A DNA stretch of 64,000 bases from Rubrivivax sp. (GTDB lineage Bacteria; Pseudomonadota; Gammaproteobacteria; Burkholderiales; Burkholderiaceae_C), in the NCBI GenBank assembly GCA_043774975.1, contig JAYVSX010000149.1:376-64375 (forward strand). Reading direction: 5' to 3'. Below are positions 11,103 to 20,980 of the stretch, piece by piece. The translations under genes and the position numbers were made by a program. How positions within the stretch are numbered: the first letter of the stretch is position 1; the number at the start of each line of letters is the position of its first letter. Under the pieces are notes generated by a model. That model saw only the letters and a program-made list of their open reading frames with translations. It did not search any database and was not told the DNA's origin.

Positions 11103-12479
11103 TCAGGCCCGCACCCATGTCGTGCCTTGCGGGCCGTCCTTGAGCTCGATGCCGAGCGCCGCCATTTCGTCGCGAATGCGATCGGCCAACTGGAAGTCAC
11201 GCGCTTTTTTGGCCGCCACTCGGGCTTCTATCCGGGCTTGGACAAAGGCTTCGTCAACCCCGCTGCGGCTTTGCAGATACTCACGCGGCACCGCTTGCAG
11301 CAACCCCAATGTGGCTGACAAGGCTTTGAGCAAGGCCGCGTCCTGCACCTGCCCGCGGAAGATGTTGCTGACCAGTTCGAACAGCACCGCCAAGGCGCCC
11401 GGCGTGTTGAAGTCGTCATCCATAGCGGCCTTGAAGGTGGCGGCGCGGGGTTCACTCCAATCGATGCTGGCCAGCGTCTTGACGGGACCGGCGGCGTCCA
11501 GTGCGGTGTACAGGCGCTTGAGCGCGCTGCGGGCTTCGTCAAGCAAGGTGTCGCTGAAGTTGAAGGGGCTGCGGTAATGGGTGCGCAGCATGAACAGCCG
11601 CACCGACTCGCCGTCAAACTTTTTCAGCACATCGGCGATGGTGAAGAAGTTGCCCAAGGACTTCGACATCTTGGTGTCGTCGATGTTCAAGAAGCCGTTG
11701 TGCATCCAGGTGCGTACGAACTCTGCGCCGCAAGCACCCTCGCTCTGCGCGATCTCGTTTTCGTGGTGGGGAAACTGCAGGTCCATGCCCCCACCGTGGA
11801 TGTCCATGGGCAAGCCCAGAACCGCTTCGCTCATGGCCGAGCACTCGATGTGCCAGCCGGGCCGCCCCAGGCCGTAGGGGCTGGGCCACTTTGCATCTTC
11901 GGGTTCGTCTGCCTTGGCCGATTTCCAAAGAACGAAGTCGAGCGGATCTTCTTTGCCACCTGGCACGGCCACCCGCTCGCCGGCGCGCAATTCGTCCAGG
12001 CTCTTGCCGGACAACTTGCCGTAGCCGGCGAATCGGCGCACCGCAAAATTCATGTCGCCTTGTTCGGCCTGGTAGGCCAGACCCTTGTCTTGCAGCTTCG
12101 CGATGATGCCCAGCATTTGCGGCACGTATTCAGTAGCGCGCGGCTCGTGGGTGGGTACGGCAGCGCCCAGCGCTGCAAAGTCGGCGTGCATCTGGGAGAT
12201 GACCTCGTTGGTCAATTGCCGGATCGTGATGCCACGTTCAACCGCCCGACGGATGATCTTGTCCTCGATGTCGGTGATGTTGCGGACGTAAGTCACCCGG
12301 TAGCCGCTGGCCAGCAACCAACGATACACAGTGTCAAACGCCAGGATCATGCGTGCCTGACCCAGGTGGCATTGGTCGTAGACCGTGATGCCGCAGACGT
12401 ACATGCGCACATGCCCTGGCTCAATGGGCTGAAAAATTTCTTGGCGGCGCGAAAGTGTGTTGTGAATTCGAAGCGTCAT
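11103..12479 (-). CDS. cysS: Cysteine--tRNA ligase
   Basis: Motifs [14 protein letters not shown]-like [24 protein letters not shown] and KMSKS. Confidence 0.96.
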   Translation of the reverse strand: MTLRIHNTLSRRQEIFQPIEPGHVRMYVCGITVYDQCHLGQARMILAFDTVYRWLLASGYRVTYVRNITDIEDKIIRRAVERGITIRQLTNEVISQMHADFAALGAAVPTHEPRATEYVPQMLGIIAKLQDKGLAYQAEQGDMNFAVRRFAGYGKLSGKSLDELRAGERVAVPGGKEDPLDFVLWKSAKADEPEDAKWPSPYGLGRPGWHIECSAMSEAVLGLPMDIHGGGMDLQFPHHENEIAQSEGACGAEFVRTWMHNGFLNIDDTKMSKSLGNFFTIADVLKKFDGESVRLFMLRTHYRSPFNFSDTLLDEARSALKRLYTALDAAGPVKTLASIDWSEPRAATFKAAMDDDFNTPGALAVLFELVSNIFRGQVQDAALLKALSATLGLLQAVPREYLQSRSGVDEAFVQARIEARVAAKKARDFQLADRIRDEMAALGIELKDGPQGTTWVRA

Positions 12480-12676
12480 GGCACAGTGGCAGTGGTGGCG
12501 CGCCGCGCCAGCCATCGGCGCCATGATGGTGGCGCCCTGCCGGGCGCTGTGGCGTCGATAGAATCAGCTTTCAGTATAGCGGTGGGCCCGCATGCAACTT
12601 CGCATGCGACTTCGGATGGAACTCCGCCTGCACCCTCGCTCGCTGGCCTCAGCGCTCTTGACATGCGGCCCTTCAC

Positions 12677-13207
12677 ATGCCTTCTCTTCCCGCTCGATTT
12701 TCATTGGCCTGCCGCAGCTTGCTGCTGGCGCTGCTGCTGGGCACCGGCCTGGCGCGCGGCGATGTCGTCAATGACGTCCACACCTTGATGGCCAAAGGCG
12801 AGCTGCTGACCGCCCTTCGCACATCCGCCGCGGCGATGGCCAGCAATGCGCAAGACCCGCAAGCTCGTTTTTTGCACGCGGTGGTGTTGATGGAACTGCG
12901 GCGAGACGCCGATGCCTTGCAGGCCTTCACCCAGATGAGCCAGGAGTACCCCGAACTGCCAGAGCCGTTCAACAACCTGGCGCTGCTGCATGTGCGCGCG
13001 GGGCGGCTGGAGTTGGCCCGGCAATCCTTGGAAACGGCCTTGCGCAACGACCCGGGTCACCGCGCTGCCAGGGCTAACCTGGGTGAGGTCTACCTGATGC
13101 TGGCGGTGCAGGCTTGGCAGCAAGCCGGCAACACCGGACCGCTGGACCCGCGGCTGCTTCGCAAGCTGGACGCGACGCGCGCCTTGCTGGCCACTGTTAA
13201 CCCTTGA
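12677..13207 (+). CDS. Exported tetratricopeptide-repeat protein
   Basis: Signal peptide; TPRs ([21 protein letters not shown]); usual position between cysS and the cyclophilins. Confidence 0.85.
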   Translation: MPSLPARFSLACRSLLLALLLGTGLARGDVVNDVHTLMAKGELLTALRTSAAAMASNAQDPQARFLHAVVLMELRRDADALQAFTQMSQEYPELPEPFNNLALLHVRAGRLELARQSLETALRNDPGHRAARANLGEVYLMLAVQAWQQAGNTGPLDPRLLRKLDATRALLATVNP

Positions 13208-13269
13208 GCCCGCTAGACTTGGGTTCGTTGCCGACTGGGTCGGCCTACTTTGAGGAACTTCGTTTGAAG

Positions 13270-13836
13270 ATGAACACCAGGTTTTTGCTTGCCCCCGCCC
13301 TGCTGCTGTCGTTGACGTTGAGCCTGGGCACGGCGTGGGCTCAAAAGGTGCGTTTGTCCACCAGCGCTGGCGACATCGTGGTTGAACTGGACGCCGAAAA
13401 GGCACCCAAGTCAGTTGCCAACTTCGTGGCTTACGTCAAGGCTGGCCACTACAACGGCACCGTGTTTCACCGGGTCATCGAAAATTTCATGATTCAAGGC
13501 GGTGGCTACAAGGCCGACCTCAGCGAAAAACCCACCCGCCCGCCAATTGCCCTGGAAAGCCGCAACGGCCTGAACAACATTCGTGGCACCTTGGCCATGG
13601 CCCGCACGGGCATCCCCGATTCCGCCACGTCCCAGTTCTTCATCAACGTTGTCGACAACCCGTCCCTCGACCAGGCCAACTCGCGCGACGGCAATGGTTA
13701 CGCGGTGTTTGGCAAAGTCGTCGAGGGCCTGGATGTGGTGGACAAGATCCGCACCATGCCGACTGCTTCGTCGGGCCCCCATCAAAACCTGCCGGTCACG
13801 CCAGTGACCCTGCGCAAAGCTACTTTGGAGAAGTGA
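13270..13836 (+). CDS. ppiA: Periplasmic cyclophilin-type peptidyl-prolyl isomerase
   Basis: Signal peptide; motifs [22 protein letters not shown] and GYAVFGKV. Confidence 0.92.
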   Translation: MNTRFLLAPALLLSLTLSLGTAWAQKVRLSTSAGDIVVELDAEKAPKSVANFVAYVKAGHYNGTVFHRVIENFMIQGGGYKADLSEKPTRPPIALESRNGLNNIRGTLAMARTGIPDSATSQFFINVVDNPSLDQANSRDGNGYAVFGKVVEGLDVVDKIRTMPTASSGPHQNLPVTPVTLRKATLEK

Positions 13837-13837
13837 C

Positions 13838-14341
13838 ATGAGCAAATTCGTGCAAATGGAAACCAGCGCTGGAACCCTGCGCATTGAGCTGGACGAGACC
13901 AAGGCGCCCCTGTGTGCAGCCAACTTTCTGGCCTATGTAAACAGTGGCCACTACGACGGCACCATCTTTCATCGCGTCATCAAGGGTTTCATGCTGCAAG
14001 GCGGCGGTTTTGACGCCACGATGAAGCAAAAGCCCACGCTGCCACCGATCCAGAACGAAGCCAACAACGGGTTGAAAAACAAGCACTACACCTTGTCGAT
14101 GGCGCGCACCAACGACCCGCACTCGGCCACCTCGCAGTTTTTTGTCAATGTCACCGACAACGCCTTCCTTGACTTCAAGGCCGAGAACGCTTCAGGGTGG
14201 GGCTACGCTGTCTTTGGCCAAGTCGTGGCTGGCATGGATGTGATTGACAGCATCGAAAAGGTCCGCACCGGCCGCAAGGGCATGCATGACGACGTGCCCT
14301 TGGAAGATGTGCTGATCGTGAAGGCCACCGAAGTCAGCTGA
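13838..14341 (+). CDS. ppiB: Cytoplasmic cyclophilin-type peptidyl-prolyl isomerase
   Basis: Motifs FHRVIKGFMLQGGG, MARTNDPHSATSQFF and WGYAVFG. Confidence 0.94.
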   Translation: MSKFVQMETSAGTLRIELDETKAPLCAANFLAYVNSGHYDGTIFHRVIKGFMLQGGGFDATMKQKPTLPPIQNEANNGLKNKHYTLSMARTNDPHSATSQFFVNVTDNAFLDFKAENASGWGYAVFGQVVAGMDVIDSIEKVRTGRKGMHDDVPLEDVLIVKATEVS

Positions 14342-14356
14342 AGCTGCCTGGCGCCC

Positions 14357-15160
14357 ATGGCCACTGCCGGCGCCGCTGATCGCTTGCCATCTGCGGACTT
14401 GCTGCGGGTACCTGCACATTGGCAGGCCATCGACTTCGTGTCTGACCTGCACCTGTGCGAAGCGCTTCCCAAAACCTTCGACGCGTTTGCCCAGCACCTG
14501 CTGAACAGCCCGGCAGCGGCCGTCTGCATCCTGGGCGACCTGTTTGAGGCCTGGGTTGGGGACGACATGGGTCAACGCGGTTTTGAGCGCGAATGTGTGG
14601 CGTTGCTGGCCCAAGTTTCACAGCGCAAGCAGCTGGCTTTCATGGTCGGCAACCGAGACTTCCTGGTCGGAAGCACGTTCTTGGCGCAGACCGGATGTTG
14701 GCTCCTGGCCGATCCCACGGTGCTGGAAGCCTGGGGCCAGCGCGCCGTTTTGAGCCACGGGGATGCCTGGTGCTTGAGTGACCTTCCGTATCAGGCCTTT
14801 CGCAGCCAGGTTCGATCACCTGCCTGGCAATCCGAGTTCTTGGCTCGAACATTGGCTGAGCGCTTGCAGATCGCTGCCGCCATCCGCGGTGCCAGCCAGG
14901 GCCGCCGCGAGTTTGACGGCGCGGCCGACGCCGATGTCGACCCGGCAACCGCCTTGGCATGCTTGCGCCAGGCACACGCCACCACGCTGATCCACGGCCA
15001 CACCCACCGGCCTGGCGACAACCTGCTGGCGCCAGGCTTACACCGCCGGGTGCTGAGTGACTGGGATCTGGACCTGGGCCAGCGCGCCGAGGTGTTGCGC
15101 TGGTCGCCGGCCGGATTTCAGCGCCTGGCCCCGGGCTCGAGCAGATCAAGCCCATGCTGA
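14357..15160 (+). CDS. lpxH: UDP-2,3-diacylglucosamine diphosphatase
   Basis: Metallophosphoesterase motifs SDLHL, GDLFEAWVGDD, GNRDF, HGD and HGHTHRP; follows ppiB. Confidence 0.93.
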   Translation: MATAGAADRLPSADLLRVPAHWQAIDFVSDLHLCEALPKTFDAFAQHLLNSPAAAVCILGDLFEAWVGDDMGQRGFERECVALLAQVSQRKQLAFMVGNRDFLVGSTFLAQTGCWLLADPTVLEAWGQRAVLSHGDAWCLSDLPYQAFRSQVRSPAWQSEFLARTLAERLQIAAAIRGASQGRREFDGAADADVDPATALACLRQAHATTLIHGHTHRPGDNLLAPGLHRRVLSDWDLDLGQRAEVLRWSPAGFQRLAPGSSRSSPC

Positions 15161-15954
15161 GCGGTTGGTGGCGAGCTCTTGGTGCCCGACGCGAGCAAGC
15201 CGCGTTGAAGCGGCGGGCCATTCCGGACGACCTGTGGAAGCGCACTTTGGTGCGCTACCCGTTTTTGCAAAGACGCAGTGCCGAAGCCGCGCAGGAATTG
15301 CGCCGGCTGACCAGCTTGTTCCTCGACCGTAAAGAGTTCAGCACCACGGGCGGCTTGCGCTTGACCGACGCCATGGCCGTCGCCATCGCGGCCCAGGCGT
15401 GCTTGCCGGTGTTGCGGCTGGGCCTGACCCCGTATCAGCATTTTGTCGGCATCGTCGTACATCCCGACGCCGTGCTGGCGCCACGATCGCTGCAGGACCC
15501 CGACGGGGTGGTCCACGAATACACCGACATGTTGGCCGGCGAGGCCATGGATGGCGGCCCCGTGATGTTGTCTTGGCCCGACGTTCGCCGTTCTGGACAC
15601 AGTGCGCAGCAAGGCTACAACGTCGTCATCCATGAATTTGCGCACGTGCTGGACATGGCCTCCGGACAAGCCGACGGCATGCCTCAGCTGCCTGCTGAAT
15701 TGCCCGCCCAGGCTTGGCGTGCCACGCTGCAGGCGGCGTTCACGCAGTTGGAACACGACCTGACAAGCCATCGCACCACGCTGCTCGACCCCTACGCTGC
15801 CACCGGTCCGGAAGAATTTTTTGCCGTGGCCAGCGAGACCTTCTTCGTCAATGCCACCGAGATGAAAAAAGAGCACCCCGCGCTGTACGGGATGCTCTCT
15901 CGTTATTACCTGCAGGATCCGGCGACCGACCTGCCCAGGTTGCGGCGCGGCTGA
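15154..15954 (+). CDS. Zinc-dependent peptidase M90 (MtfA-like)
   Basis: HEXXH in NVVIHEFAHVLD; DPYAATGPEEFFAVASETFF. Confidence 0.9.
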   Translation: MLSGWWRALGARREQAALKRRAIPDDLWKRTLVRYPFLQRRSAEAAQELRRLTSLFLDRKEFSTTGGLRLTDAMAVAIAAQACLPVLRLGLTPYQHFVGIVVHPDAVLAPRSLQDPDGVVHEYTDMLAGEAMDGGPVMLSWPDVRRSGHSAQQGYNVVIHEFAHVLDMASGQADGMPQLPAELPAQAWRATLQAAFTQLEHDLTSHRTTLLDPYAATGPEEFFAVASETFFVNATEMKKEHPALYGMLSRYYLQDPATDLPRLRRG

Positions 15955-15982
15955 ACCGGCTGACCCTGTGACAGGGTGCAGG

Positions 15983-18286
15983 TCAGACTGCAGTGGCCTC
16001 AGCGCGGGGCTTGTCGCTCTTCTTGGGCGGCTGGATGTCCAATACAACCTCGTCCTTGGCGTCGATGTCCACCGACAGTCGCCCGCCATCGACCAAGCGG
16101 CCAAACAGCAACTCATCGGCCAACGCACGGCGAATGGTGTCCTGGATCAGGCGCTGCATGGGCCGGGCGCCCATCAGTGGGTCAAAACCTTTCTTGGCCA
16201 GGTACTTGCGCAGGGCGTCGCTGAAAGTCACTTCCACCTTCTTTTCCGCCAGCTGGCCTTCCAGCGTGAGCAGGAACTTGTCCACCACGCGCAGGATGAT
16301 TTCTTCGTCCAGGGATCGGAAGTTGACAATGGCATCCAGCCGGTTGCGGAACTCAGGGGTGAACATGCGCTTGATGTCGCCCATTTCGTCGCCCTGCTCG
16401 CGCTTGTTGGTGAAACCGATGGTGGCCTTGTTCATGGTCTCAGCCCCCGCGTTGGTGGTCATGATGATGATCACGTTGCGGAAGTCGGCCTTGCGGCCGT
16501 TGTTGTCGGTCAAGGTGCCGTGGTCCATGACCTGCAACAGCACGTTGAAGACGTCGGGATGTGCCTTTTCAATTTCGTCCATCAGCAGCACCGAATGCGG
16601 CTTCTTGGTCACGGCCTCGGTCAGCAAGCCGCCTTGGTCGAAGCCCACGTAGCCAGGCGGCGCGCCGATCAGCCGGCTGACCGCGTGGCGCTCCATGTAT
16701 TCCGACATGTCAAAGCGGATCAGGTCAATACCCAGAACGTAGGCCAGTTGTTTGGCCACTTCGGTCTTGCCCACCCCCGTCGGGCCGCTGAACAAGAAGC
16801 TGCCAATCGGCTTGTCGCCCTTGCCCAAGCCCGACCGGGCCATCTTGATGGCGGCAGCCAGGGCGTCGATGGCGGGATCTTGCCCAAAGACGACGCTTTT
16901 GAGGTCGCGGTCCAGCAGTTTGAGTTTGCTGCGGTCGTCGCTGGAGACACTGGCCGGCGGGATGCGCGCGATCTTGGCCACGATCTCCTCAACCTCGTTG
17001 CGCGTGATGGTCTTCTTGCGCTTGTTGGCCGGCAAGATGCGCTGCGCCGCACCGGCCTCGTCGATCACGTCGATCGCCTTGTCGGGCAGCTGCCGGTCGT
17101 TGATGAACTTGGCTGACAACTCGGCCGCCGCCTGCAGGGCACCCACCGCGTACTTCACGCTGTGGTGCTCTTCGAAACGCGACTTCAAGCCTTTCAGGAT
17201 TTCAACCGTTTGTTCGATCGTGGGCTCCACCACGTCGACCTTCTGGAACCGGCGCGACAACGCAGCGTCTTTTTCGAAGATGCCCCGGTATTCGGTGAAG
17301 GTGGTGGCGCCAATGCACTTCATGGTGCCGTTGCTCAACGCTGGCTTGAGCAGGTTGCTGGCGTCCAAAGTGCCCCCGCTGGCCGCACCGGCACCAATCA
17401 GGGTGTGGATTTCGTCGATGAAGAGGATCGCGTTGGGGTGGTCCTTGAGCTGCTTCAGAACACCTTTCAGACGTTGTTCGAAGTCGCCACGGTACTTGGT
17501 GCCGGCCAACAAGGACCCCATGTCCAAGGAATAGACCGTGGCCTCACCCAGCACTTCGGGTACGTCGTTCTGCGTGATGCGCCAGGCCAAGCCCTCGGCG
17601 ATGGCGGTCTTGCCCACACCGGCTTCTCCCACCAGCAAGGGGTTGTTCTTGCGCCGGCGGCACAGGATCTGGATCACCCGCTCAACCTCATGCTCGCGCC
17701 CGATCAGTGGGTCGATCTTGCCGTCGCGCGCTTGCTGGTTCAGGTTTTGGGTGAATTGCTCCAGCGGTGAACCCTTGGCATCCCCACCCTCTTCCTTTTC
17801 GCCCTCGTTGCTGGGGTTTTCATTGCTCTTGGTGGGCTCGGGCGGGTCGGACTTCTTGATGCCATGGGCAATGAAGTTCACGACATCAAGTCGTGTGACG
17901 CCCTGCTGATGCAGGTAGTAGACGGCATGCGAGTCTTTCTCGCCAAAAATGGCCACCAAAACATTGGCCCCGGTCACTTCCTTCTTGCCACTGCCCGTGC
18001 TCTGCACATGCATGATGGCGCGCTGGATCACACGTTGAAAGCCCAAAGTCGGTTGTGTATCGACTTCGTCGTTACCACCGACCGTGGGCGTGTTTTCCTT
18101 GATGAAGGTCGACAGGCTCTTGCGCAGGTCTTCGATGTTGGCGGCGCAGGCGCGCAACACTTCGGCGGCCGACGGGTTGTCCAACAGGGCCATGAGCAGG
18201 TGCTCGACCGTGATGAACTCGTGGCGCTGCTGGCGCGCCTCGACAAACGCCATGTGCAGGCTGACTTCAAGCTCTTGCGCGATCAT
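15983..18286 (-). CDS. clpA: ATP-dependent Clp protease ATP-binding subunit ClpA
   Basis: Clp N-domain and two Walker A motifs ([16 protein letters not shown]); overlaps the clpS stop. Confidence 0.97.
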   Translation of the reverse strand: MIAQELEVSLHMAFVEARQQRHEFITVEHLLMALLDNPSAAEVLRACAANIEDLRKSLSTFIKENTPTVGGNDEVDTQPTLGFQRVIQRAIMHVQSTGSGKKEVTGANVLVAIFGEKDSHAVYYLHQQGVTRLDVVNFIAHGIKKSDPPEPTKSNENPSNEGEKEEGGDAKGSPLEQFTQNLNQQARDGKIDPLIGREHEVERVIQILCRRRKNNPLLVGEAGVGKTAIAEGLAWRITQNDVPEVLGEATVYSLDMGSLLAGTKYRGDFEQRLKGVLKQLKDHPNAILFIDEIHTLIGAGAASGGTLDASNLLKPALSNGTMKCIGATTFTEYRGIFEKDAALSRRFQKVDVVEPTIEQTVEILKGLKSRFEEHHSVKYAVGALQAAAELSAKFINDRQLPDKAIDVIDEAGAAQRILPANKRKKTITRNEVEEIVAKIARIPPASVSSDDRSKLKLLDRDLKSVVFGQDPAIDALAAAIKMARSGLGKGDKPIGSFLFSGPTGVGKTEVAKQLAYVLGIDLIRFDMSEYMERHAVSRLIGAPPGYVGFDQGGLLTEAVTKKPHSVLLMDEIEKAHPDVFNVLLQVMDHGTLTDNNGRKADFRNVIIIMTTNAGAETMNKATIGFTNKREQGDEMGDIKRMFTPEFRNRLDAIVNFRSLDEEIILRVVDKFLLTLEGQLAEKKVEVTFSDALRKYLAKKGFDPLMGARPMQRLIQDTIRRALADELLFGRLVDGGRLSVDIDAKDEVVLDIQPPKKSDKPRAEATAV

Positions 18287-18642
18287 GCGGCCTCCATAAT
18301 GCATTGGAGCGGGTGCCCTTCACGGCGCGCCGCCGTGAGCACCAGCTCAACTCTTGTTGCGGCAACGTCTTTGGGGTAGACGCCGCACACGCCCCGCCCT
18401 TCGTGGTGTATCTGAAGCATGATGTGGGTGGCCGTGTCCATGTCTCGCTGGAAAAAGCGCTGAAGCACCATCACGACAAACTCCATCGGGGTGTAATCGT
18501 CATTCAGCATCACAACTTGATAGAGCACCGGCGGCTTGGTTCGCGCCGCCTTGCGTTCCGCCACGGCCGTGCCGCCTGGTTCACGCAGAGGTGGAACGCC
18601 AGGGGGTGCAGGTGGTGGCGACGGAGGGGTTTCGTCGGGCAT
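18283..18642 (-). CDS. clpS: ClpS N-degron adaptor
   Basis: Motifs [22 protein letters not shown] and HPLQC. Confidence 0.96.
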   Translation of the reverse strand: MPDETPPSPPPAPPGVPPLREPGGTAVAERKAARTKPPVLYQVVMLNDDYTPMEFVVMVLQRFFQRDMDTATHIMLQIHHEGRGVCGVYPKDVAATRVELVLTAARREGHPLQCIMEAA

Positions 18643-18877
18643 GGTTCATTCTATCGAGTTGCACCGGGCGAACAGGGCGACTTCACTGTGCCATGGACAC
18701 AGCATGGCCATTGGCATGATATTGATCCCAAACGCGCCAGTTCAAGCCGAGAGCAATGCGAAATACGAAGCCCTGTAGATGCGATTGACCCGCCTGAAAG
18801 GGGTTGGTCGGCTGCCTTGACAGTCGCGCCACCAGAGTTCGACAATTTCGAGCTTGATCAGAACGCACGGAGTAACC

Positions 18878-19117
18878 ATGGCGACTGGGACTGTGAAGTG
18901 GTTCAGTGATGCCAAGGGCTTTGGCTTCATTGAGTCCGATGAAGGCGGTGCCGACGTCTTTGCGCACTTTTCTGCCATCGCAATGGATGGTTTTCGAACA
19001 CTCAAGCAGGGCAGCCGTGTGTCCTTCGAGGTGACAGCCGGCCCCAAAGGTGCTTTGGCGCAAAACATCCAGCCAGCCACCGTTGTGGCCGAAGACGCTT
19101 CGCCGCCTGCCGGTTGA
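18878..19117 (+). CDS. cspD: Cold-shock domain protein (CspD-like)
   Basis: Motifs [15 protein letters not shown] and VFAHFSAI; divergent from clpS; GGAG SD. Confidence 0.88.
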   Translation: MATGTVKWFSDAKGFGFIESDEGGADVFAHFSAIAMDGFRTLKQGSRVSFEVTAGPKGALAQNIQPATVVAEDASPPAG

Positions 19118-19142
19118 AGCTTGCTGCGCAGCCGCGCCGGTC

Positions 19143-20930
19143 TCAGACAGCAGCGTTCTCATGCTCCTGTAACTGACGCCACATGACTTTCCCCGAGCCG
19201 CTCTTGGGCAAAGCGTCGATGAACTCCACCAGCTTGGGTACCTTGTAGGCCGCCATGTGTTGGCGCGCCCAGTTGATGATGTCTTGTTCGGTCGCCGTAG
19301 CGCGGGCCTCAGCCCTGAGCACCACCACCGCCTTGACTGTTTCACCGCGATACGCGTCCCGCGAACCAATGATGCAGGCTTCCTGAACCAAGGGGCACTT
19401 GAAGAGCAGCAGCTCGACTTCGCTGGGCCAGACCTTGAAGCCACTGGCGTTGATCATGCGTTTGAGTCGGTCGGTGAGGAAGAAATAGCCTTCTTCATCT
19501 CGACGCCCCAAGTCTCCAGTCCTGAAAAAGGGTTTGCCTTCAATCTCGACAAAAGACTGCGCTGTGGCCTGCGGATGCCCCCAGTAGCCCTTGAAGACCA
19601 TCGGGCCGTGGGTCACGATTTCGCCGGCCTCGTTGTCTGGCAACTCTGCCAACGTGATGGGGTCAATGATCCTGCAGTCGGTGCCAAATATGGGGATGCC
19701 CAGGCACTGCAACTTGGCTCGTTCAGGTGGGTTGGCGTGGCTGGGGGCTGCGGTTTCAGTCAACCCGTAACCCTCAGCAAAAGTCAGGCCGAACTCGGTC
19801 TGCAGCCGCTCGGCCACTGCCTGTGGCATGGCCGCCCCACCGCCAGACAGGTAACGCAGACTGGACAGGTCAAAGCTCTTGTAGTTGGGGCTTCCAAAGA
19901 GGTCGATGACCATGGTGGGAATACAAGTCCAGTGGGTCACGCGGTAGCGTGCGATCTGCCGTCCGGCCAGCTCTCGGTCCCATCGCGGCATCAACACGAT
20001 GGTGCTGCCCAGGTACACCGAGCTCAGCACGCTGTACATCATGCCGGTGATGTGGAACATGGGCACCACGCCCAGGCTCACCGTCTCGGCGCTGGCATGG
20101 CCCCACAGCGCGCTGCCCACGATGTTGGGCGACAGCGTGCGGTGGGTGTGGATACAACCTTTGGGCAGTCCTGTCGTGCCGGAGGTGTATGGCAGCAACG
20201 CCATGTCGTCGGCCTTGGCCGTGCTGGGGCCGGGCTCGTGGTCGCAGGCCAAGGCGTCTGCCCAGCGCACACACCCTGGCGGTAGCACCGGGTCTGCCAA
20301 CAGCCAATTCAGCACCGCTTCAGTTGGCCGTTCCTGCTCGGCCAACTCTCTGGGCATCGCCTCGGCCAAGCGGGTGGCCACCACCCTGCGAAGTTTCAGC
20401 AACGGATCGACTTGGACGTTTGCTTCGGCTACGGTGGAGGCCAGGTCCGCGGTTGTCAGCGCCACCTTGGCCTGGGCATCGGTGATGTAGTGAACGAACT
20501 CGTCGGCCCGATTCATCGGGTTGACGGGAACCACCACCGCGTCGGCTCGCTGGATGGCATAAAAAGCCACCACGAACTGCGGACAGTTTTGCATGAAGAG
20601 CAACACTCGGTCGCCTTTTGCCACCCCCTCGTGCTGCAGCCAACCCGCCAGCTTCAGCGCCTGGCTGTGCAACTGCGCGAAAGTCAGGACTTGACCAAAG
20701 AAAATGTAGGCCGGCTTGTCGGGGAAGCGCTGGGCACTGACCTCCAGGTTGAACCAAAGTGTGGTCTGCGGAAGGCTCAGTTCTCGGGGCAGTCGAGATG
20801 GCCAGTACCGGCGCCTGGGTGTGGCGGCAGCAGCGGAAGTTGCAACAGGGAACGAATCGAGGGCACTGGACAAGTGGGTCTCCGAGTCAACAAGGCCACA
20901 GGTGTACCCGTTTGCCCTCGCGGCCGGCAT
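19143..20930 (-). CDS. Long-chain fatty acid--CoA ligase (AMP-binding)
   Basis: Motifs YTSGTTGLPKG, EGYGLTE, FRTGDLG and LPKSGSGK; start uncertain. Confidence 0.9.
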   Translation of the reverse strand: MPAARANGYTCGLVDSETHLSSALDSFPVATSAAAATPRRRYWPSRLPRELSLPQTTLWFNLEVSAQRFPDKPAYIFFGQVLTFAQLHSQALKLAGWLQHEGVAKGDRVLLFMQNCPQFVVAFYAIQRADAVVVPVNPMNRADEFVHYITDAQAKVALTTADLASTVAEANVQVDPLLKLRRVVATRLAEAMPRELAEQERPTEAVLNWLLADPVLPPGCVRWADALACDHEPGPSTAKADDMALLPYTSGTTGLPKGCIHTHRTLSPNIVGSALWGHASAETVSLGVVPMFHITGMMYSVLSSVYLGSTIVLMPRWDRELAGRQIARYRVTHWTCIPTMVIDLFGSPNYKSFDLSSLRYLSGGGAAMPQAVAERLQTEFGLTFAEGYGLTETAAPSHANPPERAKLQCLGIPIFGTDCRIIDPITLAELPDNEAGEIVTHGPMVFKGYWGHPQATAQSFVEIEGKPFFRTGDLGRRDEEGYFFLTDRLKRMINASGFKVWPSEVELLLFKCPLVQEACIIGSRDAYRGETVKAVVVLRAEARATATEQDIINWARQHMAAYKVPKLVEFIDALPKSGSGKVMWRQLQEHENAAV

Positions 20931-20980
20931 CCAGCCTTACCCGCAGTCTCTGGGCACTTGGACCAGACATACAAACCGAT

